Shown piece after piece: positions 10,482-19,356 of a DNA stretch of 64,000 bases. Below the pieces are notes generated by a model. That model did no database searches and was not told the origin of the DNA. It worked only from the letters and a program-made list of their open reading frames with translations. This DNA is from a virus. The stretch lies in the IMG/VR virus record IMGVR_UViG_3300032241_000649, positions 1 to 64,000 of that record; one strand, written 5' to 3'. Position 1 is the stretch's first letter. Each line of letters opens with the position of its first letter. The position numbers were made by a program, and so were the translations under genes.

Positions 10482-10765
10482 GACTTCTTTTTAGCCCTAC
10501 GCTTATTTTCCTTGGCAGTATTGGCACCTTTATCTAAGATCTGAAGGTTACCTTTAGAGTCGTTGTTATGATTGTTGTCTTTATGGTCAACAGTCTTCTT
10601 CTTGCTCTTAATCTTGCCGTGCTCGTCTTCATAGTCAGCGCGAGCTTTGTTCTTGGATGTAGTGTGCCATTTGCCATCTTTGCCTTTTGTTTTATAGACA
10701 TAGATGGGGCGACCACCGTTTTCCTTAGAGCCCTTGTAAGGACCAAACTTCTTTGTCTCAGCCAC
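10478..10765 (-). CDS. HNH-motif protein
   Basis: VDHKDNNHNNDSKGNLQIL...N. Confidence 0.7.
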   Translation of the reverse strand: MAETKKFGPYKGSKENGGRPIYVYKTKGKDGKWHTTSKNKARADYEDEHGKIKSKKKTVDHKDNNHNNDSKGNLQILDKGANTAKENKRRAKKKS

Positions 10766-10929
10766 TATTTGCTCTTCTTTGTCTTTGCTGCAGCCATATT
10801 GTCAATTAGATTAGGATAAGGACGCCCAGCAGCTTTAGCGCGTGCTTTAGCTGAAGCTTTCTTCTTAGAAGATAGCTTCTTATGCTTACCGCCATCTGGA
10901 TCCTTTTTATCCCATACTTCTTTAGCCAT
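10765..10929 (-). CDS. Small basic protein (54 aa, not in track)
   Basis: MAKEVWDKKDP...KARAKAAGRPYPNLIDNMAAAK; stop/start overlaps at both ends. Confidence 0.7.
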   Translation of the reverse strand: MAKEVWDKKDPDGGKHKKLSSKKKASAKARAKAAGRPYPNLIDNMAAAKTKKSK

Positions 10930-11192
10930 TAGCAGTCCCATGCCCTTCTTGCCTTATTTAAACGACTATTTGGATCTTTAGCGGCTTTAGGAAATTGCTT
11001 AGCCTGCCCTGCAGATCTAGCACAATATGATTTACGGCGTGCAGCAGATTTTTTAGACTTAGCTGCCTCTTCCTTTTTTACAGGAGGTTTTAAGTTATGT
11101 CCCTCTGCTTTAGCAGAAGCACGACCCTTAGCATTTAAACCACCATTAGGGTTTTGACCCTCTTTACGTGTCCACGCAGGAGATTTAGCCAC
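10929..11192 (-). CDS. Small basic phage protein
   Basis: MAKSPAWTRKEGQNPNGGLNAKGRAS...RRKSYCAR...ARRAWDC. Confidence 0.7.
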   Translation of the reverse strand: MAKSPAWTRKEGQNPNGGLNAKGRASAKAEGHNLKPPVKKEEAAKSKKSAARRKSYCARSAGQAKQFPKAAKDPNSRLNKARRAWDC

Positions 11193-11392
11193 TACTGTAG
11201 ATCCTTTCGGTTGTTCCATGAATCATTTGATGTATCCACATGGTCATGATTATACGCTTCTTTTTTACCAGCCCGGATCGCACTGGCCCCACCAACTCTA
11301 GTTATATGCTTACCGCAGTCTAGGCAAGTCCAAGAATGATGAGTAAGCCCGTTAATCTTACCCCCACTATTATACTCAATCCGCTTAGCCAT
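11192..11392 (-). CDS. Small CxxC protein
   Basis: WTCLDCG; coupled to neighbours. Confidence 0.55.
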   Translation of the reverse strand: MAKRIEYNSGGKINGLTHHSWTCLDCGKHITRVGGASAIRAGKKEAYNHDHVDTSNDSWNNRKDLQ

Positions 11393-11568
11393 TAGTTATT
11401 AGTTCCTGATGACCGACCAAACTTCTGATTAGTAATAGCATTGTCCCCAGGACCTTCATAAGGCCGGTTACTAAGCAAATCACTAAGCTCATGAGCATGG
11501 GTGCGAATAGTACGAAGAGGTACTTTCTTTGCTTTAGGCTGATCGTTAAAGTTAGCCTTCCTAGACAT
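11392..11568 (-). CDS. Small hypothetical protein (58 aa, not in track)
   Basis: MSRKANFNDQPKAKK...; TAATG coupling on both sides. Confidence 0.55.
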   Translation of the reverse strand: MSRKANFNDQPKAKKVPLRTIRTHAHELSDLLSNRPYEGPGDNAITNQKFGRSSGTNN

Positions 11569-13496
11569 TAGTCAGCTTCTTTAGCTTTAAATACGTCTGA
11601 CTTTGCAGGAGGTACTTCAATAAACTTACCCTCTGTACGGGTAGCCTCAACCTTTGAAGCAAGAGTCTTTTCTGACTCATTAAGTGGTGTAATTTCAGTA
11701 GTAGCGGAACCAATCTGTCTACGCTCAACACGACCAGAACCAGTTTCAGGAATAGTGCCGCGTCCCTTAGTAACACCAGCAGTTACTCTAGATGCAGTCT
11801 GTTGATCAATAACATCGCGTGCATATCTGCCGTGTCCTTCACGAGATTTAGCAGATGGGCCCTTACTAGCGTCACGTTGCATACGCTGTTGCTTCTCATA
11901 TGCGTACATGCTTTTACCTGATTTAGCAGCTTCAGCAGCTACATCACCAACATGGATTGCTCCAGCTGGTACATCAGTATGGCGGAAGACACGAACACGT
12001 TCTCCAGTTACTGGATGTGTTTCTTCAGTTGGGTGATAACCTTGATGGACATTTACCTCATGATAAGGTGTCTCATCTTTGTCTGCTCCAGTATTTGGCT
12101 TGTAGCCTTCAAATGGTACTGTGCTTCCTTCAAGGGTCTTGTTACCAAGCTTTGAAGCGTGTACAAGTGAGTTAGTTCCTTTAGGAACATAATAATCTTT
12201 AGAAGTAGGTGCTACATCTACGTTGCCGCGTGCCGCGCTATATTGAGTTCCCTTACCAGGCTTGCTAGTTTCATTAAAACGAGCACGATTTGTAAGATGG
12301 TTGTAAATAGTATTTAGGTTGTTCTTATGTTCTGCACCAGAACCTAAGTGTTTATTTAAGGTAGCTTCGCTTTCTTCAGATGTACCCATACCAGCAAGTG
12401 CCATAACTGTAGCTTTAGTATGATGATAACCCTTTGTAAAGGAATCACTAGACATTTCTCCAAGAGATGCACCATCACGTACAGCCATTTGTAGGGCATG
12501 CTTGTGAACAGACTCTGGGTCATAACCCACAGTACGGCTAGGTGTGCTTTTACGAGTTCCAGCACGTGAAGCATCTGCACGCATTTGTGCCTCTGTTTGA
12601 CCAGGAACCTTTACCTCAGGAGCTTTACTTAGATCAAGTTCTTTAGTTCCACGTTGTGGTCCACGAGTAACCTTAGTATTTGCCCAATCAGTATTTAGAG
12701 ATGAGATTGGGAACTGTTTTCCAGCTTTAGGATCTTTAAAGTCTGGCTTGTTATATTTAGGTGCGTCTGAAACTCTTTCTCTTACAGGAGTCTTAATCTG
12801 TTGTACTGGACCCGCAAGTGGTACCTCAACATCTGGATTACTAGAAGGTCCAGGACCATTCTTTTCAGCCATGCGAGCACGCTTTTCCCACTCTGCATCT
12901 GAGATATCAGATTCTGTACTAGAAGCAGTTTCATAATGCTTAATACCTGTTCCAAGTGGAACTTCACTAATTTGGTGCTTAACAACTCGAGTTGTTCCAG
13001 CACCAGTCTTATCATTAGCAGTTGTAGGAATAATCTGCTGTTCACGGCTTGCAACATTTTCAGCCTTCATAGCTCCTTTATCATCAAGGAACTGTTGCCC
13101 ACCTAAACGAATCTTAGTGTTGCCCTTAATCTTTGTCATATCTTTAGGAAGATCATATGTCTTACCTTCAGTCTTTGGCTTAGCGGAAGATGCTGCCTCT
13201 GCTTTAGGTTCCCATTTTTCTTTACCACTCTTTGTATTACGTGGCTCTGGCTCAGAAGGTTTTGCTAATCCTACTTTACGAGGAGTACGAAGACGGCCTT
13301 CAAGTGTACGGAACTTTTCTCCTGCATTAACACCAATACTAGTAGCGCCGCCACCACCATTAACATCTGCGGCTTTTTTAACTTCATTGCCTTCTTTGTC
13401 AACAACAACAGGTTTCTTAGGTGCACGAACAGAGGCAGTAGTTACTGTCTTGCCTGAGGTAACCTTTACAGGAATTACATTGTCAAATTGTCCCAT
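11568..13496 (-). CDS. Large basic, low-complexity protein (predicted disordered)
   Basis: 642 aa rich in K/T/G/S/P, few hydrophobic blocks. Confidence 0.75.
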   Translation of the reverse strand: MGQFDNVIPVKVTSGKTVTTASVRAPKKPVVVDKEGNEVKKAADVNGGGGATSIGVNAGEKFRTLEGRLRTPRKVGLAKPSEPEPRNTKSGKEKWEPKAEAASSAKPKTEGKTYDLPKDMTKIKGNTKIRLGGQQFLDDKGAMKAENVASREQQIIPTTANDKTGAGTTRVVKHQISEVPLGTGIKHYETASSTESDISDAEWEKRARMAEKNGPGPSSNPDVEVPLAGPVQQIKTPVRERVSDAPKYNKPDFKDPKAGKQFPISSLNTDWANTKVTRGPQRGTKELDLSKAPEVKVPGQTEAQMRADASRAGTRKSTPSRTVGYDPESVHKHALQMAVRDGASLGEMSSDSFTKGYHHTKATVMALAGMGTSEESEATLNKHLGSGAEHKNNLNTIYNHLTNRARFNETSKPGKGTQYSAARGNVDVAPTSKDYYVPKGTNSLVHASKLGNKTLEGSTVPFEGYKPNTGADKDETPYHEVNVHQGYHPTEETHPVTGERVRVFRHTDVPAGAIHVGDVAAEAAKSGKSMYAYEKQQRMQRDASKGPSAKSREGHGRYARDVIDQQTASRVTAGVTKGRGTIPETGSGRVERRQIGSATTEITPLNESEKTLASKVEATRTEGKFIEVPPAKSDVFKAKEAD

Positions 13497-14164
13497 TATG
13501 AATTACTCCCTAAGTTATCTACGTTGCTATTCACCATAGAAATGTGTTCTTCTGATGAACCTTTATATGTTGGATTTTTAGCTCTATAAGCCTTATCTTG
13601 TGTATTGTAACCTTTACTCAAGTCTGCACCCTGTTCAGGTGTAATAAAACCTTTATTGATTGCTTCTTGTGTATCAGAAAGGTTAGCAGGTTTTCCAACA
13701 CGATTATCTGTTGGATTTGGTTTAGGTTCTCTTGTTTTAACTGGTCGTGCGCTTACATCCTTACTGCGAATAACAGCAGAAATTTTACCTGGATTTACCT
13801 GTCCTTTAGAATCAGCGTACAATCCGCCAATTTGAGTATGTTCTGCCAATGTAGGGCGCATATAAGGAAGTTCACCGGTTACTGGATCCGCTTTAATTTT
13901 TCCAGATTTTACATCTTCATGCTCTGGTGTGTACCGTTGCATAGCAAAATCATAACGATTTCCCAAAGATTGAATTCCGTAATCAGATAGCTCTTTCTGG
14001 CCGCGTACTTTTTCATTTTGACCATGAGTAATAATATCTTTACGCATAGCATGCATGGTAGATAGGTTGTTATTGCGTGAAAGTATATTGGCTAGTCTTC
14101 CTAGCATTCCCCCAGTATTGTTGTTGGAGGGTTGTGGCATGATCTGCCCGTTGCCAAGATTCAT
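13496..14164 (-). CDS. Hypothetical hydrophilic protein
   Basis: 222 aa, GGAG RBS. Confidence 0.7.
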   Translation of the reverse strand: MNLGNGQIMPQPSNNNTGGMLGRLANILSRNNNLSTMHAMRKDIITHGQNEKVRGQKELSDYGIQSLGNRYDFAMQRYTPEHEDVKSGKIKADPVTGELPYMRPTLAEHTQIGGLYADSKGQVNPGKISAVIRSKDVSARPVKTREPKPNPTDNRVGKPANLSDTQEAINKGFITPEQGADLSKGYNTQDKAYRAKNPTYKGSSEEHISMVNSNVDNLGSNS

Positions 14165-14175
14165 AGTACTCCAGC

Positions 14176-14412
14176 CTATTCCTTAGATATGGTTAGAAGT
14201 TTAGCAATTCCGCCTTGCTTTGTAAGCACATCAGCGCTTTTATTGTAATGATGCATGCAAAAGGCTAATTCCCCATATGGAAGGACTACTGCTACAGCTG
14301 CTCTAGCTGAGCAACCATCACATTGCACCCGGGGTTGAGGCCCCAAGGCTAACTCCAACTGAGTTTGATTCTCCGCCTTCTCCACCTGCTGTGACGGGTG
14401 CACTGTCATCAT
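14176..14412 (-). CDS. Zn-binding hypothetical protein
   Basis: CDGC...FCMHH. Confidence 0.6.
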   Translation of the reverse strand: MMTVHPSQQVEKAENQTQLELALGPQPRVQCDGCSARAAVAVVLPYGELAFCMHHYNKSADVLTKQGGIAKLLTISKE

Positions 14413-14614
14413 TGTCTCCTGTGATCTGTCCGGAGCCTTGAACTTCTTGTTCTAGGCCTTCTCTATCAGTACCGTAGTATCCGTAGCTATTACCGAAGCT
14501 TACACCATTCCGCATTTCCCAATAGGGCACCCCTGTTACATGATGCTTTCCACGCCCTACGTGGGCATAGTGTTTATCCTTGGGGGTATGAAATTCCTGA
14601 GCGTCACCAAACAT
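14318..14614 (-). CDS. Hypothetical protein
   Basis: 98 aa Gly-rich; overlaps the previous ORF. Confidence 0.45.
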   Translation of the reverse strand: MFGDAQEFHTPKDKHYAHVGRGKHHVTGVPYWEMRNGVSFGNSYGYYGTDREGLEQEVQGSGQITGDNDDSAPVTAGGEGGESNSVGVSLGASTPGAM

Positions 14615-14650
14615 GTGCTAATCATCTCACTTCTAGTAGGGGGAGAAATG

Positions 14651-14680
14651 CCAAAGGCCGGGCAATATCCCGGCCTTTTG
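14651..14680 (-). terminator. Intrinsic terminator (possibly bidirectional)
   Basis: AAAGGCCGGG-CAATAT-CCCGGCCTTTT. Confidence 0.7.
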
Positions 14681-14693
14681 CTATTTAATTATA

Positions 14694-15230
14694 TTAACCA
14701 GCAACGTAGCCGTTGACCCATGGGCCAATAGCTGTGTTATAGGTAACTCCTGGAGTTGTAGCATCCTGGTACTTGTAGACAACTAGGTTAGTAGTTGTTC
14801 CTTTAGTAGAGGATCCTGTTACAGAAGTTGAATAAATTGTTCCTGTATTAGCAGGAGTTGCTCCAGCTGTATTGTAGGTAACAGTACCTACGTTAGCTCC
14901 AGCAAGTACAAGAGCATCAACTGCACGGATAAAACCATATCCTGTGACATCTGGGATTGTAATTGCATCTGAGGTTACAGATACACCTGTGTTAGCTGCA
15001 TAACCTGGGAATGCATCCCAAGCTTCTGAAGCAATAACTTCGCTGTCCTGTGAAGCAGTGATCTTAGCGCTAGTCTTAGTGCTTACATAAGTCCAGCTGT
15101 GGTTTTGATCTGCACCAACTGTTGTTGTTTGTGTTGGGGAGGTAACTCGATTGTCATCTGGTTGTAGAGGCAGGTTACCCCATACAAAGTCAACGGCAAC
15201 GTTACCAGAGGTATCTACTGGGTTTGACAT
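14694..15230 (-). CDS. Paralogue A: conserved N-module plus PASTA-like domain
   Basis: DTSGNVAVDFVWGNLPLQPDD; IPDVTG...AVDALVLAG...GTIYS...LVVY. Confidence 0.7.
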   Translation of the reverse strand: MSNPVDTSGNVAVDFVWGNLPLQPDDNRVTSPTQTTTVGADQNHSWTYVSTKTSAKITASQDSEVIASEAWDAFPGYAANTGVSVTSDAITIPDVTGYGFIRAVDALVLAGANVGTVTYNTAGATPANTGTIYSTSVTGSSTKGTTTNLVVYKYQDATTPGVTYNTAIGPWVNGYVAG

Positions 15231-15279
15231 TGTGTTTCCTATCTATAGATTGGTTAAATCCCTTACGTCTAAGGGAAGT

Positions 15280-16104
15280 TTAGTTCTGGGTCCAGGTTCC
15301 GCCTGAGCTTGTTGACTCAGTGACAGGTGTTGTTGGAGTTACCCAAACAGCGGTTCCACCTGTGTTATAAGAGTCGTTATTAGCTTCATCATTTACAGTC
15401 CAAACTTGGTTGTAATCAGAGTTAGAGCTTCCTGACACTGTAATTGTGTTCGGAGCAACAGGGTAATTGCTGCGTCCAGTCAAGTACATGATTGCGTCGT
15501 TAGGTCCTAGAGTCCAACCTTCGTCAGTTACAGTTTGGTTAAATCCTGAGATAGAACCTGTTGGAGCAGTATAGCTATATACGTCAAAGTGAACTATATC
15601 ACCTTGGTTATAAAGAGTTCCTGCGTCTGGACGTTGTGCGTACACTTTACCGTTATTAGCAGATGTAGCGCCCTCTGTGTAGCTGTTTCCAGCTCCTCCG
15701 AGTCCTGCTGCACCTAGAGCGGCCGCAGCATCAGACTCTGATAGTCCAATGATATTAGGTACTACTACGTTAGCAATAATGTCGTCATATGGATAACCTT
15801 GAGTAAATGATGGGTAGTTCTCATAGTTGTCTACAGCAATCTCATGGTTATCCCATGTGAAGGTCTGTGTACGAGTACTGCCGCCATCACCCGTTGGAAA
15901 GGACAATTCTGTCCAACCAGAGTTAAGAGTTGAACTACCAACTGCTGGCCAGTTAGACCATTGGTTATTTTGGTTCTGATTTACAACAGGATCGGCTCCA
16001 CCCATTCCGCCTGTCCATGTACGTTGATCATCTGGTTGTATAGGCATATGGCCCCATACGAAATCTACGCGTGGATTTCCTTTATCATCTACTGGATAGG
16101 TCAT
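15280..16104 (-). CDS. Paralogue B: conserved N-module, PASTA domain and C-terminal beta domain
   Basis: DDKGNPRVDFVWGHMPIQPDD; VVPNIIGLSESDAAAALGAAGL...GKVYAQRPDAGT...GDIVHFDVY. Confidence 0.8.
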   Translation of the reverse strand: MTYPVDDKGNPRVDFVWGHMPIQPDDQRTWTGGMGGADPVVNQNQNNQWSNWPAVGSSTLNSGWTELSFPTGDGGSTRTQTFTWDNHEIAVDNYENYPSFTQGYPYDDIIANVVVPNIIGLSESDAAAALGAAGLGGAGNSYTEGATSANNGKVYAQRPDAGTLYNQGDIVHFDVYSYTAPTGSISGFNQTVTDEGWTLGPNDAIMYLTGRSNYPVAPNTITVSGSSNSDYNQVWTVNDEANNDSYNTGGTAVWVTPTTPVTESTSSGGTWTQN

Positions 16105-16106
16105 GG

Positions 16107-16271
16107 TTATTCCTTTGCTCCGTGAGTCTTGTCAGTAGTGGCTTTAGCAATAAGCTTGTCTCCACACTTTGGGCATGTGTTATTTTTAAGTAGGTCTAGA
16201 AGTTCTGCGTCAGTTGTTGCGACTTTAGTTGTGCACTTGTCTCGGCAAGATGCTGTTAATGTAGTAGCCAT
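16107..16271 (-). CDS. Small Zn-ribbon protein
   Basis: CRDKC...CPKCG. Confidence 0.5.
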   Translation of the reverse strand: MATTLTASCRDKCTTKVATTDAELLDLLKNNTCPKCGDKLIAKATTDKTHGAKE

Positions 16272-16273
16272 GA

Positions 16274-16876
16274 TTAGTACCAGTTCCATGTATTTTTAAG
16301 AGGGTCAGTTGAAAAGACTACAAATGCGTGGTAATACCAAGAACCAATAACATCCTCTGTCCAGTAAGAATCTGGAGACCAAGCAACTTTTCCTTCAAGG
16401 TCTGCACCTGTAATCATCTGTGCTGTTGTAGGGTCGTAATATACAATCGCATCCTTTGGAACATACGAGTACAGAACAACTCCATCAAAGTTAGGGGTAG
16501 CACCCTCACTTGTGTAATCCCAAGGATTGTTTCCACCTGAGAAGGTAAAGTCTTTAAGAATAGCTGGGTCAACACCTACTGTGCGTAGGAACTCAATTCT
16601 TGATTTAAACGTAGCGCAGTTAGCCCAGTTACTATTAGAGTCATAGAGTCCATTAGCTGGATAGTTGTAAATAGGGTCACCATCAAAATAAGTTGTACGG
16701 ACATTTGGTTGGTACCCAGGAAAATCGTTATACTGTGTTGCGGCAATGTTTTGGCTATCACCATCTCCAAGCCACTCTCCGTAATAACTAGAGCGCTTGT
16801 CATTTGGTTGAAGCGGTAAATTACCCCATACGTAGTCAACTGCCACGTTACCAGAGGTATCTGTTGAATATGTCAT
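16274..16876 (-). CDS. Paralogue C: conserved N-module plus unrelated aromatic-rich domain
   Basis: DTSGNVAVDYVWGNLPLQPND; Y/W-rich C-terminus. Confidence 0.75.
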   Translation of the reverse strand: MTYSTDTSGNVAVDYVWGNLPLQPNDKRSSYYGEWLGDGDSQNIAATQYNDFPGYQPNVRTTYFDGDPIYNYPANGLYDSNSNWANCATFKSRIEFLRTVGVDPAILKDFTFSGGNNPWDYTSEGATPNFDGVVLYSYVPKDAIVYYDPTTAQMITGADLEGKVAWSPDSYWTEDVIGSWYYHAFVVFSTDPLKNTWNWY

Positions 16877-16915
16877 CTCTTACCTTTCGCGTCGGTAGAC
16901 ATATAATGTCAGAGA

Positions 16916-17482
16916 TTAGGCTTCTTGTACGTATGTATGAATATCTCCGCCAGAATAAATGTCATGTTTTATGGCAACCTCAATGGCTTTGTACAAAATC
17001 TTCTCTCCAGAACGGGGGGAGGTTATCTTTGAGTAGTTTAGAGCCTCTAAAGCTCCCAAAGCTATGTCGCCGCCACTACCTGAGTAGTAAACGTTGCGGG
17101 CTTCTCTGTCCCAGCTATAGTCTTCAAAGATAGGGTAGATGACACCACGTACAGCTACAATAAGGCTAGAGTCGTGTTCAGCAGCCGCTCCATCGTCTTT
17201 ACCTTCATATCCGGCATCTTGAAATGCTTTACGAAGTGCGGGGATAAACTTATTAGTCATAAAAAGATCTAAGTTCTCATTGGCACGAGGTTTAGGAGGT
17301 TTCCACCCAAACTGTGCAATATTGCCACCACGTGATGCGCCAGAGACTGCGATTAAGATTCCATTGTTTTCTACAATTTTGTGTGTAGCAAGATCCATAT
17401 AACGCCCACCCTCATCAGATGCACGTGAATCACAGCCAAGAACAGCCCAGCCGTCGCCTTGAATGGCAGCAAGTGTTGTCAT
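16916..17482 (-). CDS. Proteasome beta/HslV-like Ntn threonine protease
   Basis: N-terminal MTT, LGCDSRAS, HKI, SGSGG, DIYSGG motifs. Confidence 0.85.
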   Translation of the reverse strand: MTTLAAIQGDGWAVLGCDSRASDEGGRYMDLATHKIVENNGILIAVSGASRGGNIAQFGWKPPKPRANENLDLFMTNKFIPALRKAFQDAGYEGKDDGAAAEHDSSLIVAVRGVIYPIFEDYSWDREARNVYYSGSGGDIALGALEALNYSKITSPRSGEKILYKAIEVAIKHDIYSGGDIHTYVQEA

Positions 17483-17511
17483 GGTTCCCTCTCCGCTAGG
17501 GTTCTAGGATA

Positions 17512-17910
17512 TCAGATATAGTCGTCAAAACCTAGTTCAAAGTGCTGACCCCGGGTTCTTGGTAGAGCTCCGTAGTTGATTACCATCCACGGCCATCCAG
17601 CTAACACTGTATTTACATAGTCATTGGTAGATGGAGCGGATTTGAGTTCATCCCACATTTCGGGGGTAACTTGATCGTATTGAACCCAAGTGTACTTATC
17701 TCTCATGATAATCACAAGAGTCTGCATATTGTAGTTGTACCCAGCTTTCATAGCTCTGGGACGATCCCCACCACTAGTCGGGGAGTAGATCTCTTCATAC
17801 CCTGGACCAAATACTCTACTACGAGTAGCCTCAGTATCAATAGCAGCAATAGTTGCAGCATACTCATCGTAGCTAGCTGGCCTATAACGTCTGCTGCGGT
17901 ATCTGTCCAT
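17512..17910 (-). CDS. KTSC-domain-like protein
   Basis: GYNYNMQTLVIIM...YDQVTPEMWDELKSAPSTNDYVN. Confidence 0.7.
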   Translation of the reverse strand: MDRYRSRRYRPASYDEYAATIAAIDTEATRSRVFGPGYEEIYSPTSGGDRPRAMKAGYNYNMQTLVIIMRDKYTWVQYDQVTPEMWDELKSAPSTNDYVNTVLAGWPWMVINYGALPRTRGQHFELGFDDYI

Positions 17911-17924
17911 AAAAGTAGTTTACC

Positions 17925-18134
17925 CTAGTGGGTACGCTTCCATTCTCTGTAGTTCTTAATATAAACAGCCATATAGGCAGCGGAACCAAAGTAGAAGCCA
18001 TACTGCTTAGTATCGGTTGCGTATACTACCCAGAGTGACTCATTAACAAATAATAAGACCCATGCCCAAGGATTCTTTCGTCCTACAAAGAACATACCTA
18101 CTGTTCCTAGTATTGCAAGTGCCCATGACCACAT
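17925..18134 (-). CDS. Small PnuC/SemiSWEET-like membrane protein
   Basis: Three hydrophobic segments, GRKNPWAW, W-rich. Confidence 0.5.
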   Translation of the reverse strand: MWSWALAILGTVGMFFVGRKNPWAWVLLFVNESLWVVYATDTKQYGFYFGSAAYMAVYIKNYREWKRTH

Positions 18135-18301
18135 TATGAGCCTCCCCAGCCTCCACCTCTAAAGATGGCAGGAGTCGCTTGCCAAACGCGGGACATGGTT
18201 GAGTTACACCCTGTGCATATAGGCTCTGCGTCTTGATCAAATGATCGGGAAATTTCTATTTGGGTATTACAGCTACTACACTTATAGTCGTACGTAGGCA
18301 T
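18134..18301 (-). CDS. FmdB-family Zn-ribbon protein
   Basis: MPTYDYKCSSC...CTGC...IFRGGGW. Confidence 0.8.
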   Translation of the reverse strand: MPTYDYKCSSCNTQIEISRSFDQDAEPICTGCNSTMSRVWQATPAIFRGGGWGGS

Positions 18302-18498
18302 TATCGGCACCTCATACATTTAGTATCAACATGTACATCGCCGTGGCTTACCCAGCTCATCCGACCACAGTGTACACATCTTACCTGTACCACACCAATT
18401 TTAATATTCTCTTTGAGGACTTTTTGTGCATGTGGAGAGGCAAGAGTAAGCCATGCCCAAGCAATAACAATTCCACTCAAAACTCCAAGTGCAAACAT
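18301..18498 (-). CDS. Small membrane-anchored Zn-ribbon protein
   Basis: N-terminal hydrophobic helix; CVHC...CMRC. Confidence 0.5.
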   Translation of the reverse strand: MFALGVLSGIVIAWAWLTLASPHAQKVLKENIKIGVVQVRCVHCGRMSWVSHGDVHVDTKCMRCR

Positions 18499-18681
18499 CT
18501 ATAGCCTCTTTCGCGCCGGACCCGGTGTAATTACCTAGTCGTGTATCTGATCTTCCCAATAAGCTACGCCATCAGCGTTGTAGTCATTAAGACGTTCTAG
18601 TAGCTCTTTGTTCTCTTCCATCGTCTTCTTCACTGCTTCTTTAACTTTAATATCTTTGTCCATCGTCTTCCTTATAAGATT

Positions 18682-18717
18682 AAAAGGCCCCAGTAGGTGG
18701 TTTAGGTCTACTGGGGC
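18682..18717 (-). terminator. Intrinsic terminator after hsp20
   Basis: 10 bp stem GCCCCAGTAG/CTACTGGGGC plus T-tract on the minus strand. Confidence 0.7.
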
Positions 18718-18773
18718 GGGAAAGCTGAGAGTTTCTTAAGTTCTCTGCCTCTATATACTATTATAGCATACTT

Positions 18774-19286
18774 TTACTTGATTTTGATAATCTTCGGCTG
18801 CAACTCCTCGGGGAGCTCCTGCTCTAGGGTAATTCGTAGCAATCCGTCCTTCAGCTCTGCGCCCTTTACCACTACATACTCTGCTAGGACGAAGTCCTGA
18901 GTAAAGTCTCTGGTAGCGATTCCCTTATGGATAGGCTGCCTCTCAGATGCCTCTAATCGGCCTTCTACGGTCAGCTGGAGCTCTTTAACTGTAATGGTGA
19001 TATCTTCCTTACCAAAACCGGCTACAGCCAGTTCTAGGACATATGTGTCCTCATCCTTGTAGATGTTATAAGGGGGATAGCCAGCAGCCTTTGAGTTAGC
19101 AGCGACTTGTTTAAATGTATCTAGTAATGGATCAAATCCAATAGCCCAGCGGTTGAACTGTGGAAATAAAGATGTGATTGTGATCTCCGGAATAGCTGAA
19201 GACTTCTGCTTATAATCCCATGGATCTGTGAAGCGAGTGTTATGTGGATCGTGGCCTTTAGGGTAGCCAGACATAGGTGTAGCCAT
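18774..19286 (-). CDS. Hsp20/IbpA small heat-shock protein
   Basis: YPPYNI, LAVAGF, HKGIATRDF, LKDGLL alpha-crystallin motifs. Confidence 0.92.
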   Translation of the reverse strand: MATPMSGYPKGHDPHNTRFTDPWDYKQKSSAIPEITITSLFPQFNRWAIGFDPLLDTFKQVAANSKAAGYPPYNIYKDEDTYVLELAVAGFGKEDITITVKELQLTVEGRLEASERQPIHKGIATRDFTQDFVLAEYVVVKGAELKDGLLRITLEQELPEELQPKIIKIK

Positions 19287-19356
19287 AATATATCTCCTTA
19301 GACGATATAAGTTAGTTTGAGGACCATTTGGCTCCTCATTAACTATTATAGCAGAT

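Noticed and set aside
14694-16876. Diversity-generating retroelement
   Set aside because: No reverse transcriptase; similarity is N-terminal and differences are not adenine-specific.
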